Assembly: GCA_973895155.1 (NCBI GenBank)
Contig: OZ316897.1
Coordinates: forward strand, 14,817,375-14,881,374
Source of the DNA: Marsupella aquatica
Taxonomy: Eukaryota > Plantae > Marchantiophyta
Direction: 5' to 3'
DNA: 64,000 bases
Shown here: positions 58,970 to 64,000 of the stretch, piece after piece
Position numbering within the stretch: the stretch's first letter is position 1
How the letters are laid out: each line of letters opens with the position of its first letter
Made by a program: the position numbers and the translations under genes
The notes under the pieces: model-generated
Seen by the model: only the letters and a program-made list of their open reading frames with translations
Database searches by the model: none
Told to the model about the DNA's origin: nothing

Positions 58970-61900
58970 GGGACCAGCATTATCATGGGGATTACTGTAC
59001 TTTAGTACATGGGGGAGACGATATCCCTCCTTCTCGCCAACACTTCATCGCTGCTGAACTCGTCCAGCACATGATGAATTATTGTTAGCTAGATACATGC
59101 TTGGAACAGTCTAAGGACTTGGCTACAGGTGATAGTCCCGTGTGAACAGACGCGTACAATGTTTCAAGCTAGTAGCATAGAGCCAGTTGAATGCGGAAGG
59201 TGACAGACTCTAACGCAGTCTTCCTTCGCGGTTGGTCTTTGATCCCATTTGATTGAATGCTGACCTTGTCAGGGAATGCAAAAGTTCGGTCGGTATGATC
59301 TGGATGACTTGAGAGCTTCGTGTAACCCTTCGAATGTTCTGTCGTTACATATTACGAGGCAATTTAGGTCAGACTGCAATGGGTTTCATCCGAGCTTTAC
59401 GTAGTTAGGCTCATGGAGAGGTTTACGGAGAGGTAGATTGAGAGACATGCTCTCTACGACCGTCTGTGTACACGAGAGTGGAAGTTTGTCTCATGTAATA
59501 AATTTCTTCCAAGAATTTGCACTTCCCGCCTGCATTGTCGCTATTGTTTAAGACGTAAGGGCATGATTGTGTTGCGGCCATGATTGTGTTAGTGGTTAAC
59601 TATTGTAGTTCTCTGCAGCGATACCGCAGTATTCAATGGTAGCAGCCAATCTCGTATGCTACTGTAGTGTGCGTGCACACTATCCCGATGTAACGTCTTG
59701 GTTATCGAGCTGCAGAGAGTTTTAATATACTGAGTTAGATTTCTGCCACTGGAACCTCATATTTACCAGACCAAGGACACTTTTTGCTCCGAAACACTTT
59801 TTGCGACCCAGCTAGCTATAGACCATGAAAACCCGCCTCGTCCATTAGTACCGACAGAGTGCTTGTTTCATTGACATGCAATAAAGCTTATTCGAAACTG
59901 AGGATAGAGGGTTTTCGCTATCTTCATTGTTGTGCTTGCGGCTGCGGTAGTAAGCTCCAGCAAGAAGGGATTGAACTCACGGACATTTTGGACTCGCGCG
60001 ATCCTACGACAGATTCATGACTAATGCAATTAAGGAGTCGTTGAGAGGCTCCGAGGTGGCTTCGCTTCGAGGTTGTCGATGCCAATGCTGCTGTGTATGT
60101 ATCATGTATATATATTATAGCTAGTGCAGTTGGTGACGCTGCAGTTAAGATCAGTCTACAATGCACTAGTTCTTGGACAGCATTGTTTGATAAATGATTT
60201 TGTCCATTGCTAGTCAGAGATCTTGCCGGTCAATAGTCTCGTTGTCTGGCCGGGAGTGCGTGATGCGGGTTGGAGCTCTCACTCAAAACGGGATTGCGTC
60301 TCAGCTCCGCCAAGGTAGGATTAAATTCTAATGTGCTCCATTCGACATTATATGCTTTGGCCAAGCTTTCTCATTCATCGGTTCTCTGTAGACAAGATCG
60401 CCCGGTCAGCTTAGAATCCCCCTCATCTATATGGCGTCTAGGGAAGGTCGAGTACGTTCATATGATTCCTGACTTACTGCTCGAGCTGCATAACAAACCG
60501 TTAATTAACTATGTGCAACCTTACCTTGACTACAAGTACTTCGAGATTCGACCGCAATAAATGATATGAATTTGGTTAGAATCCTTCTGTACGTGTACCT
60601 GGTAGAGTTTGACATGTTTGCAAAAGAATGAGCAACATCAAGTGCAGACATTGGGGAATTGATGAGAAAAAAAAACGATACGTACGGTAGTCGAACCAAA
60701 GGGGATTACAGTTGAAGATGTTAAACAGCAGGCAAGACAAGACAACTATGAGACTGAGACCGATATTGTACCCTAATACTACTTGTATCAATGAAATGAA
60801 AGGATGATTACTTAGTTGTTTTGATCGGTTCCGGAGGTGCTCATAGAACAAGGAGGGCCCACTGTTCAGCATTCTCGACTCAACTTAACACTCATTCCAC
60901 ATCTTGTAGAGACCATGTTGCCATCTCAATTACACCATGTTGCCATCTGAATTGCACCAGCACCTCAGACACATGCCGATTGCAGTTGTGGCTTCAACTA
61001 AGCGGGGTAATGCAGATAGCCGGCAATGGATAACGTTATTGGGTTTTTCTAGCTGTGGAGGTCGCACAAATCCGGTTGAAGACGGATTCAAGAGTACGTG
61101 TCGACTCGTGTGTTAAATGTGTCTGGTAGGAAATGAACGAAGTATCGTACAGCAAACCTCATTGACATGGAAACATACTGACTCAGGTTGACTCCTGGAT
61201 GATGAATACGGTATGTTCAAAATTTGTCCGTGCTCAGACAATCTTCAAACGCAACGAGGAAAGCAATGAGGATGGGCTGATACCGAGCGGACATAAATTC
61301 AATCCAAGGTTGGTCAGGGCCAAAATACCTTTTCTAAATAAAGAGACTCTGCCATCATTAAGTTTACACTGTCAAGCTTTGATCTGCAGTTCGAGCACTG
61401 AAGGGCAAGGGATCGGGTCGGGCAGTCAACTGGTATCTTGAAGATAGGCGACCGGTAGTAGAACGATTCTTCGAGGAAATCTCTGAGACTCAGAGAAACC
61501 GGTCTCGCAATCACGCACTGGGCCTGGGTTGCGACAGCGTACCACTATGGGGCAGCAATTCAAAAGAAATGGCCTCCATCAGCTCCAACCCTTCTCTAGA
61601 CTCACTTACGATCCATAGACCTTGCCCCCATGTGTCAAGATCGATCGCTTCAGGTCTGGGTTTTCAGATTGGCCTTCCAACAGCTTTGCTGTCAGCACAT
61701 GGGAGCAAGGACGGGGATCAGACTGCTAATTAGCTTATCTGCAAATATGTAATATGGGAGAAAAGGCTTTGGCCAGCATGCTAAGCGAGCTACATTAGCT
61801 ATTCTACCTTTGGTTTCTTACATGGTGCAACTGATTAGCAATCAATTATTGAAGTCCGTCGGCCCGGAGAAGATCAAGAATGGTGGGACTTCTAGTGAAA

Positions 61901-64000
61901 CGAGACTTTGTCGTTGCAAAGGGAGCTACAACAAATTGCCCAAACAGATAAACCTTGCTGCGACCTTGGTTTCTATCTTTTGTATGTATGAAGAGCTCAG
62001 AAGACATTTTACAAGCTCTAGTATTGTGCAGCCCTGTAAATTAATAGCCCGCCCCATGCCCCCCCCCTTCATGCTTGGCTGCATCATACAGTTGGCATGC
62101 CTTTTCCCACTCAAACTATCCCTAATTGCCAAATCATTCTCTATTCATTTTAATAATCGCTCACAACTTCCGCTGTTCCATTCGCCCATTCCATTACATT
62201 CCGCGGGCAGGCCTGCGATAGGCTCGGCATTCGATATCCCTCCACGGCGGCTCACTTTTATAGTCGTCTGATGAGTGCCTCAAGTCTCTCAAGTCCCTCA
62301 ATCTTTCCCAACATGCGAAATCGTTCTCCAGCAATAATAATATAATAATAATACACTTTCCGACCCATCGGTTTCCACACCCGCTTACCTCTTTCCTCTA
62401 CTCAAGTCTTCCTTCCCTCCCCAGTCCAATGACACGGTACCGTACCTCCTCAGGTGTCGTCTGCTACACCAGATGAGATTTCACACGTAGCGCCATTGCC
62501 CGTCGAAACGAAAAGATGGGCTGCTGATGTGATCCCTTCCCCTCATCAACTACCGCGAACTATCCCGCAGCACAGCCGTCCGTCGTCATTCGAGTGTTTG
62601 TCTGCTGCCGCTGTTGGTCCTGCTGCCTCCATCCAAGCCAACTAATACGGCACCGTAGTTCGTTACGTACTTACTAGCTCAGTAGCACCAGGCATGACCC
62701 AGGTCCAGCGAGCCCAGTAGTAGCCCACCTTTTCCTTTCCTGGCCGACAAAACCTGCGGATTCTTTATTCCAGTTTCACAACACAGCCCCCCTCCCTTCC
62801 CCCCAACAATTAATCGGCCCAGTCTTTCAGCCCACCAAACTTCCCCTCTTGCCAAATAATAAGCAAGTCATCACTGCTCTCCAACTCATCCCTTCTCCCT
62901 ACTGTTCCTACGGTAGACTCCGACGCCCTAGTACCGTAGCAATGTATGAAGCGGGTACCGTAGTGGAGTAATTGATACAGGTCGACTATCGTACGGTACG
63001 GTGCGTCACTGTTCCATCTCCAATCAATTTATTCAATCCTCCCACGTGGTTGAGATTTTGACCACTATTATATTCCGCTGGCTCCAATGTCACCCCCAGT
63101 TTTTTCGGGAAAGAGAGGCCATACAGTGAGGTACACAATGGGTACCATAAATGTATGGATACATTCATTCGAGTCTTTATACCCGTACACTGTGTTTTCC
63201 TCTGGCTACATGTCAGTCGTTCGACTTTACTACTTTCGTTTGTTCGGATACGTTCGAGTCCTACCCTCTGATTTCCTGGATACTGTCCTGTCAGTGCTTC
63301 TACTTTTACTTTCGAAGAGATACGTACGAGTCCTTCCTCCTACTGCGCTGTTCAGTACAGTACTACTACTCATGTTTTCCAATGGGAGGGCAACTTTTCA
63401 TTAATGTTTGGGGCTCAAATTGGAGGGAGGAATCAATCTGCCCAATTCTTGCATCCGGGCCGTGAATATGTGATTTCAGTCGATGAACGGGATTTTATTT
63501 CTAGAACTTTTTAAATTCAATTCACGGGTGAGATCGGGAGACTCTGCGCCGAAACGACTGACAACCGCTTGCATGAGGCTTGCACGAGATGAGAGATTCA
63601 GTGAGATTGTGGAGGAACGTCTTGTTCTTTCTATTGGATCGCTAAAGCTTTTGGAGATAACGGATCAGGAAAGAATGTTCATTTTTCTGGGTACTCAATC
63701 CTTTCGTATCTACCACGAAGATCCGAAAGCCAGGGGTGATCAATGAAACTTAAAAATATGTACTCGCCCAGATGTTCCTCAACGACTTCTCCCTCTGCAG
63801 AAAAATAAACTCGCGAGAGATGCACCTAATTGATGAGTCCTCTTATTATATTTGTCGGAATGACTCTCTAAAGACCGGTTATAGGAGAGTAAGTTGAACA
63901 ACATAGAATAAGGAAAAGAGCAGTAAGTCGAAGGTCACGACGTCAGTACATATCAGTACCCTTTTGGACAGCTCCTTTGGCACTTGCTCTCGCTCCCAGG

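Overview
Land-plant genomic DNA, probably a bryophyte such as a liverwort (inferred from gene style, not proven), mostly intergenic and rich in transposon debris. It holds an F-box-less Kelch-repeat gene (3234-4433, +), a 5'-truncated RLE-type LINE with one nonsense codon (about 16.9-18.5 kb), several MITE and tandem-repeat families, and a three-exon R2R3-MYB gene (56503-58969, +). The main feature is an 11,508-bp hAT DNA transposon at 41754-53261, bounded by a perfect 8-bp target-site duplication (GTTGTCCT) and short CCCGGTTT TIRs. Besides its BED/DDE transposase (- strand), it carries (i) an intact protein kinase gene, (ii) a coiled-coil RING-H2 gene, (iii) six long fold-back hairpins joined by conserved linker motifs between the converging genes, resembling a polycistronic small-RNA cluster with compensatory changes between copies, and (iv) six copies of a conserved bulged stem-loop, three in each inward-facing leader. 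I know of no description of this kinase + E3 ligase + hairpin cluster + structured leader cassette in a hAT element, but no database search was run. All functional interpretations are inferences.
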